Below, piece after piece: positions 52,905-64,000 of a stretch of DNA of 64,000 bases (position 1 is the stretch's first letter; each line of letters opens with the position of its first letter). Under the pieces are notes generated by a model. That model saw nothing but the letters and a program-made list of their open reading frames with translations, did not search any database and was not told the DNA's origin. A program made the translations under genes and the position numbers. The stretch covers positions 52,762,001-52,826,000 of the forward strand of contig OX597827.1 in NCBI GenBank assembly GCA_951406725.2, in the 5' to 3' direction. The DNA is from Octopus vulgaris (taxonomy: Eukaryota).

Positions 52905-53379
52905 TGCATTTTGGACTTATATAAATATAAAGTTTAATAGAATAAACAGTGAACTAAAACATATATTTATACATCACTCACACAACCTTTATATTGCTCA
53001 TTTGCCAAGTCCCAAATACACTGTAAAATGCATTACATATTTCTTGGGTCATGTAAATAACTAGAAAATATCCCATACAAAAAAACCTTTCACTTCAGTA
53101 AGAATCTTTGCTTCTATGGAATTCCACAACTTAATTACACAGCAATTTTTGTTTTTAAATTACACCATTGTGCAATATTTGTTTTTAAATTTCACCACCT
53201 TTTTATAATAACAATCATAAGTTATCCATTATTCATCACCTCTACTAAACTGCTTCTTTACTTTAAATTATGTATATCCAGACAATAGCTATGTACAACT
53301 CCCAACCTTTACTCCCCTACTGCCATTCATCTACCAATATTTTCCCCCCCACCTCTTCTTACAATGCAATTATATATTG

Positions 53380-53751
53380 TACTTGTTTCAGTCATTAGAC
53401 TGGGACCATGCTGAAGCATCACCTTGAAGAATTTTAGTTGAATGAATCGAACCCAATACTAATTTTTTTTGAATTTCTGGTACTTATTCTATCAGTCTCT
53501 TTTGCTGAACTGCTAAGTTATGTGGATGTAAACACACCACCATGTGATGATGGGGGACAAACACAAAGACACACACACATACCCCTGATGGGCTTCTTTC
53601 AGTTTCTATCTACCAAATCCATTCACAAAGCTTTGGTTGACCCGAGGCTATAGTAGAACACACTTGCCCAAGGTGTCAAGCAGAGGGACTGAACCCAGGA
53701 CCATATGGTTGGGAAGCAAGCTTCTTACCTCATAGCTAAGCCTGTGCCTAT
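53380..53751 (-). mobile_element. SINE family B
   Basis: Family match. Confidence 0.86.
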
Positions 53752-53857
53752 ATAGGCACAACTTTTTAATTTTCCATTAATGCTAAGATTAATGGAAAAT
53801 CTTAGCATTATTAACTATTGGCTAGTTAATAGTGAAACAAACTATACATTTGTAGCA

Positions 53858-54645
53858 TTCATCATCATCGTCTAACATCTGTTTTCCATGCTGGCATGGG
53901 TTGGATGGTTTGACTGAGGTCCAGAGAGCCAGCGGCTGTACTAGGCTCCAATCTGAGTTGGCAATGTTTCTACAGCTGGATGTCCTTCCTAATGCCAACC
54001 ACTCCAAGAGTGTAGTGGGTGCTTTTTACATGCCACTGGCACAGGAGCCAGTCAGGCAGGCCTGGCATTGATCATGTTCGGATAGTGCTTTTTATGTGCT
54101 ACCAGCACAGGAGCCAGTCAGTGGGTACTGGCACTGGCTATGTTCGGATGGTGTTTTTTACATGCCACTGGAACAGGAACCAGTCAAGGGCACTGGCCAC
54201 AGCTATGATTTGGTTTTACTTGACTCAACAGGTCTTCTCAAGCATACCAGATCATATTGCCCAACACATCAAGAGCACTCTTAAATGGGCCGGACATACA
54301 ACACTTTAGTTGCCGGGTCTTCTCAACCACAGCATATCTCCAAAGGTCTCAGTCTCCTGTTATTGCTTCTGTGAGGCCCAATGTTCGAAGGTCATGCTTC
54401 ACCACCTCATCCCATGTCTTGCTGAGTCTACCTCTTCTACAAGTTCCTTCCGCATTTAGGGTGTGGCACTTCCTCACACAGCTGTCCTCATCCATACATA
54501 ACACATGACCATACCAGTGCAGTCATCACTCTTGCACACCATATTTGATGCTTCTTATGTCCAATTTTTATCTCAGGGTGCTTACACTCTGTTGTGTATG
54601 CACACTCACATTACACATCCAGCAGATCATACTAGCTTCATTTCC
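53858..54645 (-). mobile_element. RTE-clade LINE 3' fragment
   Basis: Homologous to 38728-39460 (LHWYGHV-type ORF remnant), with tandem sub-repeats in the 3' UTR and a (GAT)n tail. Confidence 0.85.
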
Positions 54646-54733
54646 TATATTTATAAAACACACACACACACATTGGTCAGTCATTCAGTCAGGAGGAAGA
54701 GGCTATTATATAAATAGAGGAATTTATCTGTAA

Positions 54734-54816
54734 ATATAATATTTGACAATTATTAGGTAGCTATGATAAAACTCGGAGTTTTATCATAGCTACCAAATAA
54801 TTGTCACATATTATAT
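54734..54816. repeat. Near-perfect palindrome, 41-bp arms
   Basis: Arms 54734-54774 and 54776-54816 differ at 2 positions. Confidence 0.95.
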
Positions 54817-54916
54817 ATATAAATAAAGTTAATCCAAACATGAAAACACAACAATGCGAGGACGTGGAACAAATATAGTATTATTGGATGCTCAGGAAAG
54901 GAAAGAAAGATAGAGG

Positions 54917-54951
54917 ATTTAATGTTTCGAGCGTAGCTCTTCATCAGAAAC
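54917..54951 (-). ncRNA. Minimal hammerhead-ribozyme-like motif (Penelope type), probably inactive
   Basis: ttt-CTGATGA-A-GAGC-tac-GCTC-GAAAC-att-aaa; stem II perfect; stem III ACGT appears decayed to ACAT. Confidence 0.6.
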
Positions 54952-56440
54952 ATAGAAAAAAGAAAGATCCAAGAAAGGGAAGACAGAGGAAAAACACACA
55001 CAAATAAACAAATATTGAATTAGAAGAAAATGAAAACTAAGCAGTCGAGTGCCCATCACTGACAAGATCAAGGAAGCTCAAAATCATGTAATCTGGTGGT
55101 CACAGCACTGAGGATGGTGGGGATTTATCTCCCCACCAGCGATATAAAACATGCTTGCATTTTATACCAAAAGCTCATATGAGAGTTTCTCTCATGGTAT
55201 CTACGCAGTAAAGATTGTTCTAACAGAACATTTGTGTTTAACTGGGGATAAATATTACCTCCTGGTACTAATTCTGCCTCTATTGTTAATATATAAGATA
55301 CAAATATTCTGATACTCCTGATTTTGTTTGCACTCTGAGTGTGTACTTGTTTTTTTATTTACATTTATGTCAACGTTGCTAATAACCTGGTCACAATATA
55401 AATTAAAACCAACACGAAAAGAATATTTTGTAAAAAAGAAAAAAAAGGAAATTTGTAATGATAAATAAAGCAAATAAAATGAAAAGAACTTAAATATATC
55501 TTGTATTTGACTATTCTCAATAAATTATTAAATTATTTCCAATATTGATACTGTATGACAAATTTGCACGAGAGATGTATAATTAATAGTATAGTTAACT
55601 GAACTGAATTCTGCACATGCCTGGTACTTGTTTCATGAATTTTGGTGAGATAAAAAGCAAAGTCAACCCAACTAGAATTTGAACTCAGAACATAACAGAA
55701 AGAAAAATATCTTAAGATATTCAATCTAGCATGCACATGTATGCATACACATAAACACACAACATGTGTGTATGCATGTAAATATGTGTGTGTGTGTATA
55801 TGGAAAGAGAAAAAGAAAGAGAGGTAGCTAAACAGAAACAGACATAGATATAGACAGATAAATAGAGAGGGATAGATAGAGAGACAAAATGACAGGCCAG
55901 AAGATAGATAGATAGATAGACAAGAAGACAGATAGATAGATACGTATTCCACAATAAGTGTATACACTATACTATTCTATATACATATATTATGTACAAT
56001 CACACACATGCAACAAAAAAGGATATGTAAACTGTCATAAATATGTTTAGTAAAGTATTCAACTCTTCACATACGTTTTATATTTATGTTTCCATTCATA
56101 GTAACAGCTGATCTCTTTTAAGCTACACAGTCTCTCCATAAGTTTGCCAACATATCTAAAATCTGATATTGTAACTTTAATTTATCCAACTACCTGGTTC
56201 TCATATTTGTTATAGTTTCACTGCCTGTCTTCAGCAATCAATCCATCCCAAAGAAATAAATTACTGAGATTAATTACTTAGTGAAGCCATCCAAATCAAA
56301 AATACTAGTTAATTTAGTGGCAATATATTTAACAAAGTGAAGGTAAAAAATTTGATAGGAACTGCTTAAACAGTGAAGACAAGACAATAACACTACCTCA
56401 ATAACTAATATTATTTAAATATTTTCAACAAGTAATGGGG

Positions 56441-56483
56441 GACAACTCCAGACATGTTTGAGTATTATTAGACCTTCTCAGTG
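56441..56483 (-). ncRNA. Degenerate hammerhead-like motif
   Basis: ca-CTGAGAA-GGTC-taataa-TACT-cAAAC-AT-GTC-tggagttgtc. Confidence 0.45.
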
Positions 56484-56902
56484 AAGTATAGACTTCACTG
56501 CACTTGCATAAATATTAGTCAATATACCAGTCCCAAATCTAATCGTCTGTCTTTTTCTCAGACTGTTCTTTTAGCATGCATGTTTGTTTCTTAGTATATC
56601 TCTAATACCTTAATCTAAATACAAGACAAACAATTAAGTCTATTTAGTGGTCAATCTGTTAGACAACATGCAGGTATTTCATTCTGTCTGCAACTCAGTT
56701 CCTCTGTTTGCTAGTGTCTTACTTCACTTCTGGTCATTTGTCCATCTGCTGGCCTCTTAGTATGACTATCGTTAGTCTGTCTCTCTATCGTTATCTTTTA
56801 TCTACCTGCCTTTCCCTTTCTTACAGTTTGTTTATTTGTCAGTTTACTCCATCACTCATTAAAAACGAAACAATGAAAATAATAAACCAACTTCATACTT
56901 AC

Positions 56903-56946
56903 AGCTGTAGACTCCTAAAGACCTCGACAACCTTTCTACCGTCCAT
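56903..56946 (-). CDS. Putative first coding exon of large minus-strand gene (MDGRKVVEVFRSLQ+CT)
   Basis: aatATGG start context with an in-frame upstream TGA; ends CAGCT|gtaagt (phase 2), matching the phase of the 41768 exon. Confidence 0.7.
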
Positions 56947-57362
56947 ATTTCCATTGACCGATACAGTGCAATGGTTATGGTGTGTTAAACAATCTCAGAA
57001 AGTGGATTGGTAGAAAGGATAGTACATGTGGTAGTGCTAGTAATAGTAGAGAGGTCATACAACTTTTACCTCCATTTTTATCTTCCAGCCATAATTGATG
57101 ATCATGTTGAAGTTGTATGAGTTAATAATGATGAAGATGGGTAGGATATAAATTGTTAATAGGTGTGTGTGTGTGTGTTTGTGTAGAGGTAGTATATTCT
57201 CCTTAATGTTTCCTTTGTGGTAGTGGTCAGCGATGATAGTGATAACGGTGCTGGTAGTTTTATAAGAAACACCCATTTAAAAACGGACAAACAGGTGAGC
57301 AAATATATTTAAAAACCATTTTCACTTTAATTTCTCTCTCACACACAAGCATACACACATAC

Positions 57363-57404
<42 letters not shown>

Positions 57405-57686
57405 CTATGCACACGGGAAGTTGCTACAAGTTTACAGCTTTGGCAAAACTTTCATCTCTCATCCTTGTAATGCTGCTACTTGAGGATAGCAGTGAGAGAG
57501 AAAGAGCTGTGAAGACTCCTGCGTTGTTAGTTAAAATGCTACATCTGCTCTGTCAGGTAGAGCCTGGAAAATAAAAGGGTACTTGTATGGAAGGTAGGTA
57601 TAAATAAATGAATAACATTAGGGCTTGGTTTGTAATTGCAGCTAAAAATAAAGACACCAGTCTGTAAGCTAGGAATGGAATTGTTA

Positions 57687-57688
<2 letters not shown>

Positions 57689-57750
<62 letters not shown>

Positions 57751-58160
57751 CGAAGTGAGAGTGAGGTGAAACGTGGAGAAATATAGAGAAATGAAAGTAA
57801 AACAAAGAATATAAAGAAATGGAAGAAAAAGGAAAGAAAAAATGAATGAAAGTGAAAAAGAATATGAGAAAAATATAAGAAAATGAAAATAAAGGAAAAG
57901 GGTAGAAGAAAGAATAAAGACGAAGAAAATGAATAAAACGCAAAAACCTAAATGAAGAAATGAAGAGAATGAACGAAGAAAGAGAAAACAATAAAGAGAA
58001 AAAAGAAGAGAGAGAAATAACAAGGTGAGAGTGGGAGAGTGAGAGTAGAAATAACAGTGAGAAGAGAAAGAGAAAGAAATAAAGAAAAGAAACAGAAGAA
58101 ACTGAATGCAAAACTGAATGCAAAGAACAATAAAAAGAAAAAGAATGAAGAAAAGAATAG
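57689..58160. repeat. (AT)n microsatellite followed by a purine-rich low-complexity tract
   Basis: Direct observation. Confidence 0.9.
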
Positions 58161-58730
58161 CCGAATATTTCACTGAAGTACTTGGGATGGTAGAATTATC
58201 TGTGGGTGAGAAGAGTTGTTCCTCTCTCCATCCCTCACCTTATTCTTCAAAAGAATGATTGCACTGGTGCTGGCGTGTAGGCAAATGGTAGTGGTATGGG
58301 AGGGATGGTAGGGTAGCAATATGTGGGGGGGGGTATGGGGGAGGGGAGGAAATTGAAGCTAAATTGGCGAGCAAGCGGGTGGGACAGTAAATAAATGAAT
58401 GGATGCATGGATGGATGGAGAACAGAGTAAGAGAAGAGATTACCAAACGATGTTGTATTTGGGGAGGGGAAAGATGGTGGTAGATATATATTTAGTAAAC
58501 AAGAGTCAGCTGTAAATGATACTAGATATTATGAGTGATAAATAAATTCCATTTGGTTCAGTACATTAAGTATGGTAGCCTGCACTTAACTATATGTTTT
58601 TCGTGCAGAAGGTAATCTGAGAAAATTTTTCAACATAATTATTTGAAATTATCTTATCGGTGAATATTCTTCACAAAAAGATTATGCTATCTCAGTCACT
58701 CTTTAATCTGGTATGTGTTAGACTACACTT

Positions 58731-58773
58731 TGCTGAGGAGGTCTAATAGGACCAAAACATGTTTGGAGTTGTC
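58731..58773 (+). ncRNA. Degenerate hammerhead-like motif
   Basis: CTGAGGA-GGTC-taatag-GACC-aAAAC-AT-GTT-tggagttgtc. Confidence 0.5.
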
Positions 58774-59121
58774 ATCACAACAGCCAAAGAACTCACTCCC
58801 ACCTCCTTTTTAATCAATTTAAATTTCAGAGTTTTTCATTAATTGTACTTTATGACTTTCCTTCACATTTCAAGTTCAACTGGTGTAATACATTAAATGT
58901 ATAAAAAATGAACTAGGGGAAGTAACTGAAGTGAGCCATGGCAAAAATTTAGATAGTTCAAGAAGAGGGTGATGTACTAAATGACATTCTAAAAATTCTA
59001 TATAATTTTCAATTTGCTTCTAGTTGGATGAAGAAAATCAAAACTGAAAAAGTAATTGTTAGCAACACTCAAAAGTAAGAGGAGATAATTAATCTTTGTT
59101 GACAGGCAAAGTGACAGTCAT

Positions 59122-59155
59122 GAACATGCTTCAGTCTTATTAGACCTCATTAGTG
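59122..59155 (-). ncRNA. Degenerate hammerhead-like motif
   Basis: ca-CTAATGA-GGTC-taataa-GACT-GAAGC-AT-GTT. Confidence 0.45.
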
Positions 59156-59446
59156 ATGTATGGTAGTTTGAAATCTGCTTTGATCAACAGCAGATACAGT
59201 ATGATGTGTATAATGACAAGAAGTGAAATAACTCAAGTGAAATAACTCAAGTGGACTAATGACATAAATTTTAAAATTCAAGTAGGTAGTGATGTATTGA
59301 ATATTTGTGAAAAAAACATGTTAGTCACACTTGATGATAAATATGTAATCTTAGTCTTATTGGTAGGTCTGTTACTCTTTACTGCCTCTAATTATTGTTT
59401 ATGTTTAACATAACTGACATTAAAACCACTGTAGTTGAAGTAGATT

Positions 59447-59868
59447 TAAAATTTTGGCACAAGGCCAGCAACTTCGGGAGAAGTGGGTAAGTCACTTACA
59501 TCAACCCCAGTGTTCAACTGGTGCTTGTTATATCGATACTGGAAGGATGAAATGCAAAGTTGAACTTGGTGGAATTTGAACTCCAAACGTAAAGACAAAG
59601 TTCTGTAAAGCATTTTGCCTGACATGCTAATGATTCTTATTTGTTTATAACCCACAAGGGCCTAAACATAGAGGGGACAAACAAGGACAGACAAAGGGAT
59701 TAAGTCGATTACATTGACCCCAGTGCGTAACTGGTACTTAATTTATCGACCCCAAAAGGATGAAAGGCAAAGTCGACCTCGGCAGAATTTGAACTCAGAA
59801 CGTAACGGCAGACAAAATACCGCTGAGCATTTCGCCCGGTGTGCTAATGATTTTGCCAGCTTGCCGAC
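59447..59868 (-). mobile_element. Two adjacent SINE-A copies
   Basis: Family match (about 59447-59640 and 59641-59868). Confidence 0.85.
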
Positions 59869-60169
59869 TTTATTAGTCGAAAATTAGTGAAGGTTCAAGT
59901 CTGATCAAACAGAGGTACATATAGCCTCATTTATCAATGATTCAGAATAACACAGTCCACACAAGTGTGAACCATATTATGCTTAATGTGGATTGATTAT
60001 GATAACATGGGTTGGCAATCGGTTGAAGGATCTACTTGTCCTCACAAAAATATGTCCCAGCAGCCACCCACAATGCTCAGCTACCCAGAATGTACTGATT
60101 ATCGCTTGAGTTTACATGACTGTGCTATGAGGCTGCATATTCTTTATATGGATTTATATACTCATACTC

Positions 60170-60487
60170 GTGGAGGCGCAATGACCCAGTGGTTAGGGCA
60201 GTGGACTCACGGTCTGAGGATAGCGGTTTTGATTCCCAGACAGGGCGTTGTGTGTGTTTATTGAGCGAAAACACCTAAAAGCTCCACAAGGCTCCAGCAG
60301 GGGGTGGTGGCGTCCCCTGTTGTACTCTTTCGCCACAACTTTCTCTCACTCTCCCTTCCTGTTTCTTGAGTAACACTGCGATGGACTGGTGTCCCATCCA
60401 GCTGGGGGGAACACATACACCACAGAAACCGGGAAACCAGACCCATGAGCCTGGCTAGGCTTGAAAAGGGCAACGTTTTTACGTTTT
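60170..60487 (+). mobile_element. SINE family D, tail type 3
   Basis: Same head; 13-bp TSD TATACTCATACTC (60157-60169, 60488-60500). Confidence 0.9.
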
Positions 60488-60509
60488 TATACTCATACTC
60501 ATCAATATA

Positions 60510-60670
60510 GGTCACCATTGAAGAAAATAATACCAAAGAACCTGAACCTTAACAAAAGATATGGACATGTGCATTTTTTACACAGAAAGGTAGATGGTGG
60601 AAGCTTTGCCATTGTGGGTCATGAGTTTGGTGTCAATGAATCTATCATTTGTTCCATTTACAAAGTGTAT
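60510..60670 (+). mobile_element. pogo/Tigger transposase N-terminal HTH remnant
   Basis: GGSFAIVGHEFGVNESIICSIYK in ORF 60461..60754 resembles the CENP-B/Tigger HTH (G.NEST.R.I.K). Confidence 0.5.
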
Positions 60671-60774
60671 GGAGATGATTCATTTATCACTGATTCATTT
60701 AGCATTTGTTTTTTTAACCAAATCCCCACGGAAAACAAGGGTAGATATATATAATCAGATATAGGCCAAAGATG

Positions 60775-61097
60775 CACCAACCATAGCAGCCAAAGAGATG
60801 ACAAAGGACTGAGATGTTAAGGAGATGACAAAGGAATGAGATATCTGGTGCCTTGCTGTACTCAAGGAGATCCATCGGTCACAACAGAATTAATACCAGT
60901 GCTGGTGCCACATAAAATGTACCCAGTACTCTCTGTAGAGTGGTTGGTGTTAGGAAGGGCATCCTGCCATAGAAGCCATGCCAGAACAGATAATAGAGCC
61001 TGGTGTGGGCCCCTGGCCTTACCAGCTCTGGTCAAACTGTCCAATCCATGCCAGCATGGCAAATGGATGTTAAATGATGATGATGATGATCATGATC
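60775..61097 (+). mobile_element. RTE 3'-UTR repeat (family C)
   Basis: Family match. Confidence 0.8.
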
Positions 61098-61304
61098 ATT
61101 TTCCCTAATACCACACTGTCCAGTGTATCCTTTCTTTAAGACTCTAGAGTAGTGATCTCAAACAATATGCTGGAAGGGCTATCTATGTGTGCTGTGGATT
61201 TTTAAAATATAATTTAAGGTTTTACAAAATCCATGCTTGAACATCTTGAAAAGGATGTCATTCATAATTTTGTTATACCAAGTATGATTAATAATACTAG
61301 GTAT

Positions 61305-61638
61305 CTTTTATCTGTGACTTACTTCAGTCATTAGACTGTGGCCATGCTGGGGCACCTTAAAGAATTTTAGTCGAATTTATCAACCCCCAGTATTTATTAT
61401 ATTTTTGTAAAGCCTGGTACTTATTCTATTGGACTCTTTTGCCAAACAGCTAAGTTACGGGGAAGTAAACACATCAACACCACTTGCCAAGTGGTGGTGG
61501 GGGACAAACACAAACACACACACACACACGACAGACTTCTTTCAGTTTTTGTCTACCAAATCCACTCAAGGCTTTGGTCAGCCCGGGGCTATAGTAGAAG
61601 ACACTTGCCCAAGGTGCCATGCAGTGGGACTGAACCTG
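61305..61638 (-). mobile_element. SINE family B
   Basis: Family match. Confidence 0.85.
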
Positions 61639-62587
61639 ATAGTTTTCTACACTGTTTTTGACATGTAAAGTGCACCACCAGTATTTAGTGTCTAACCTTT
61701 AATATTGCACCACAAAGATAAAAAAAAGTCTGAGAGCCATCATAGTAGTATTTAATTTGAGGGAGGTCTGCTGGCTCATCATTGCTAGAGTTGTAACAGG
61801 TCAATCCTGATGAAGCAGACAAATGATCAAAGGCACTCCAGTTGTGACTATCACATCTTTTCTAGGGGCATGTAGAATTACATTTTCTAATATGCTCTTT
61901 TCTTATTTTAAGACAGTAGATTGCAATTCAAGGGAGATTTAATTATTATTTCCATGCTTGGAAGTAGTGGTATTTTATATTAGTTTCTCAAAGGAAGCCG
62001 GGGTAGCAATAATTATGGCTGGTGAAATCAAAGTGGCTGATGGAGTTAACGGGGATGGTGGTGTTGATGGTTTGAAACTTCAATGAAAAAGGGATGGTAT
62101 AGGGCTCAGCGATGCAGGAGACTAATGGAGAATAAATAGATGGTGAGGTGATGAGTGGGACGAGGGAGGTTAAGATGGTGGAGAGAGATGGAATAGATGG
62201 TAGCAGATGATATTTCAGTGAAGTAATTATATGATGGCAAGTGTGTACACATCACTTAAGTAGTTGAATGTATTGAAATGTGTGTGCTTGTAGTTGTGTA
62301 CACACACACACAAAAAAAATATATATAGTTATCCATTTCAAATCTTGTTTATATAACTTCTACATAAGTTTTAATAGATGTTATAGTTTGTTATTTATAA
62401 TTTATATTTTCTTTCCTTCACTTCACATAAAATAAAAATGTACAGGTTTTCTGGTTTAGAAATGCTTCAATGTTCACAGATTAGAATTACAGTATATGAA
62501 ATAGTATATGTAATAACAATGTATACTAAGGAGAGGAGGAAGGGGTTAGATATATGTGTGCATGTGCACACGCATGTGTGTGTGTGT

Positions 62588-63003
62588 GTGTGGTTAGGAA
62601 ATTCAGTTCACAGTTACATAGTTTTAGGTTCAGTCCCACAGCACAGCACCCCGAGAACGTGTCTTCTACAATAGTCCCAAGCTGCCAAAGCCTTGTGAAT
62701 GGATTTGATGGATGGTAACTAAGAGCCCATAATGTGTGTGTGTGTGTGTGTTATCTTGACATCATACACTAATTGTAAACAAATGTCACCATAATACAAG
62801 TGGTATCATTCATTCGCAATCTTCTATGAAAACATGCCTGGCCTTCTGCCGGTCATGTTCAAAGGACTAGGGGAAATATTAGTGTATTTAGAAATGGTGA
62901 GGATTGATAACAGGAAGTGCATCTGGCCATAGGAAATCTGCCTCAATAAATTTCGTATGACCCATATAAGTATGAAAAGTGGACATTAAAATGATGATGA
63001 TGA
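62588..63003 (+). mobile_element. SINE-B head with alternative RTE-like (GAT)n tail
   Basis: B-type head; tail homologous to the reverse complement of about 39627-39840. Confidence 0.7.
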
Positions 63004-63033
63004 CACACAAACATATATATATATATATATATA

Positions 63034-63211
63034 TATTTGTGTATTAAGGCTACCGTTGGTTTCATGTTAAGGAATAGATACCTCATTTCCATTTCGTAGT
63101 AAAATTTTAAAATCCAAACTGGAGACAAAGATTAATGTTCCATGTGATAGACTTGATAATTGTCAAGGTATCCCTTAACATGAAACCAATGGTAGTCTTA
63201 ATACATAAATA
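63034..63211. repeat. Inverted repeat, 39-bp arms with 100-bp spacer
   Basis: 63034-63072 versus 63173-63211, 3 transition mismatches. Confidence 0.92.
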
Positions 63212-64000
63212 CAGAATCTTTATCCACTAATGCAGTATTGAGCACTCATTCCCATTGTGCGATATTTACACACACATACACACATATTAGTATTGTGAGT
63301 TATGCAATTTCAGATGCAATCATTCTCAAGTTTATGCAATTGTTATTTTGTCATCAAAATTTGAATACTATGTATAAGAATTTGATTTATAGTACATATA
63401 TTAAAAAAAATGAAAAAATGCTGTATAGTGTCTCCTTTTGATAAGTTTTCTCTTAGCAACTACTGAATATATTGTTCTGATTATTGTCTTAGATATGTGA
63501 ACTGTGTTGTTCTGGTACATCTCTCTACTCTGTACATACGCTGTGTGTGTGTGTGTGTGTGTGTGTGTTGTTTTGTTTTGTTATTGTTGATTTATTGTTA
63601 TAAGTTGTTAATTCGAGAAGCATGCTATTTGAAACCATGTTATTTGAAGGTTTACTATATTTACAATGCTCAATTACCATACAATTCTAAATGAATACAT
63701 ACTACTCATTAAAGCAGTAAAAGAGCTAAGAAGAGGAAAGTTATAGGACTGGAAGAAAAATCAACAATATTTAGCAACCATGAAAGTGATGCTGTCAAAG
63801 CTAAACTAAGCTGAGATCACACTATCTATGAATCAGCAGTTCATAATATTACTCAGAAAATAGTTTGGAAACCATGGTGGAAGGGTTGTATGGGAAAATT
63901 CAAGATTAGACTGAGCAGGCATTAGTGTTGATAAAAATTTTTCTCAAAAAGTGACAGAATTCTGAAATTCATTGGACTAAAAAGTAAATGGAAATATGCA

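Noticed and set aside
57539-58173. Longest ORFs in the track (194 and 206 aa, F/S/L/I-rich)
   Set aside because: Translations of (AT)n and a pyrimidine-rich low-complexity strand; open in several frames for compositional reasons
61150-61742. Possible hAT MITE around a SINE-B copy
   Set aside because: TIR-like ends are degenerate and no TSD could be confirmed

Overview
AT-rich, repeat-dense eukaryotic DNA, not prokaryotic. The SINE/RTE repertoire and microsatellite load best fit an octopus (coleoid cephalopod); this is inferred from recognition, not a database search. Most of the window is intronic to one large minus-strand gene. Four phase-consistent GT-AG coding exons (56946-56903, 41768-41693, 26107-25663, 19219-19125) splice to a 220-aa basic/low-complexity N-terminus (MDGRKVVEVFRSLQLKKLKGKVLKKKAPPKFPGAANWKVQDGDDD...SQALQ) that I cannot assign to a family. 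The gene probably continues past the left edge. CpG-retaining islands at about 1-3.6, 15-16.1 and 34-38 kb look like internal promoters. The introns hold three tRNA-derived SINE families, RTE and CR1 LINE remnants, a solo LTR, a near-full-length dead mariner, hAT and piggyBac MITEs and Helitron-like elements. They also hold an intron-retaining tRNA-Ile(TAT) copy fused to a SINE tail, several long hairpins and five degenerate Penelope-type hammerhead ribozyme motifs. I found no convincing new multi-gene system. The most unusual items are the pre-tRNA-Ile retroposon, the hammerhead remnants, modular SINE tail swapping and the unassigned gene N-terminus. Repeat boundaries are approximate unless TSDs or TIRs are quoted.
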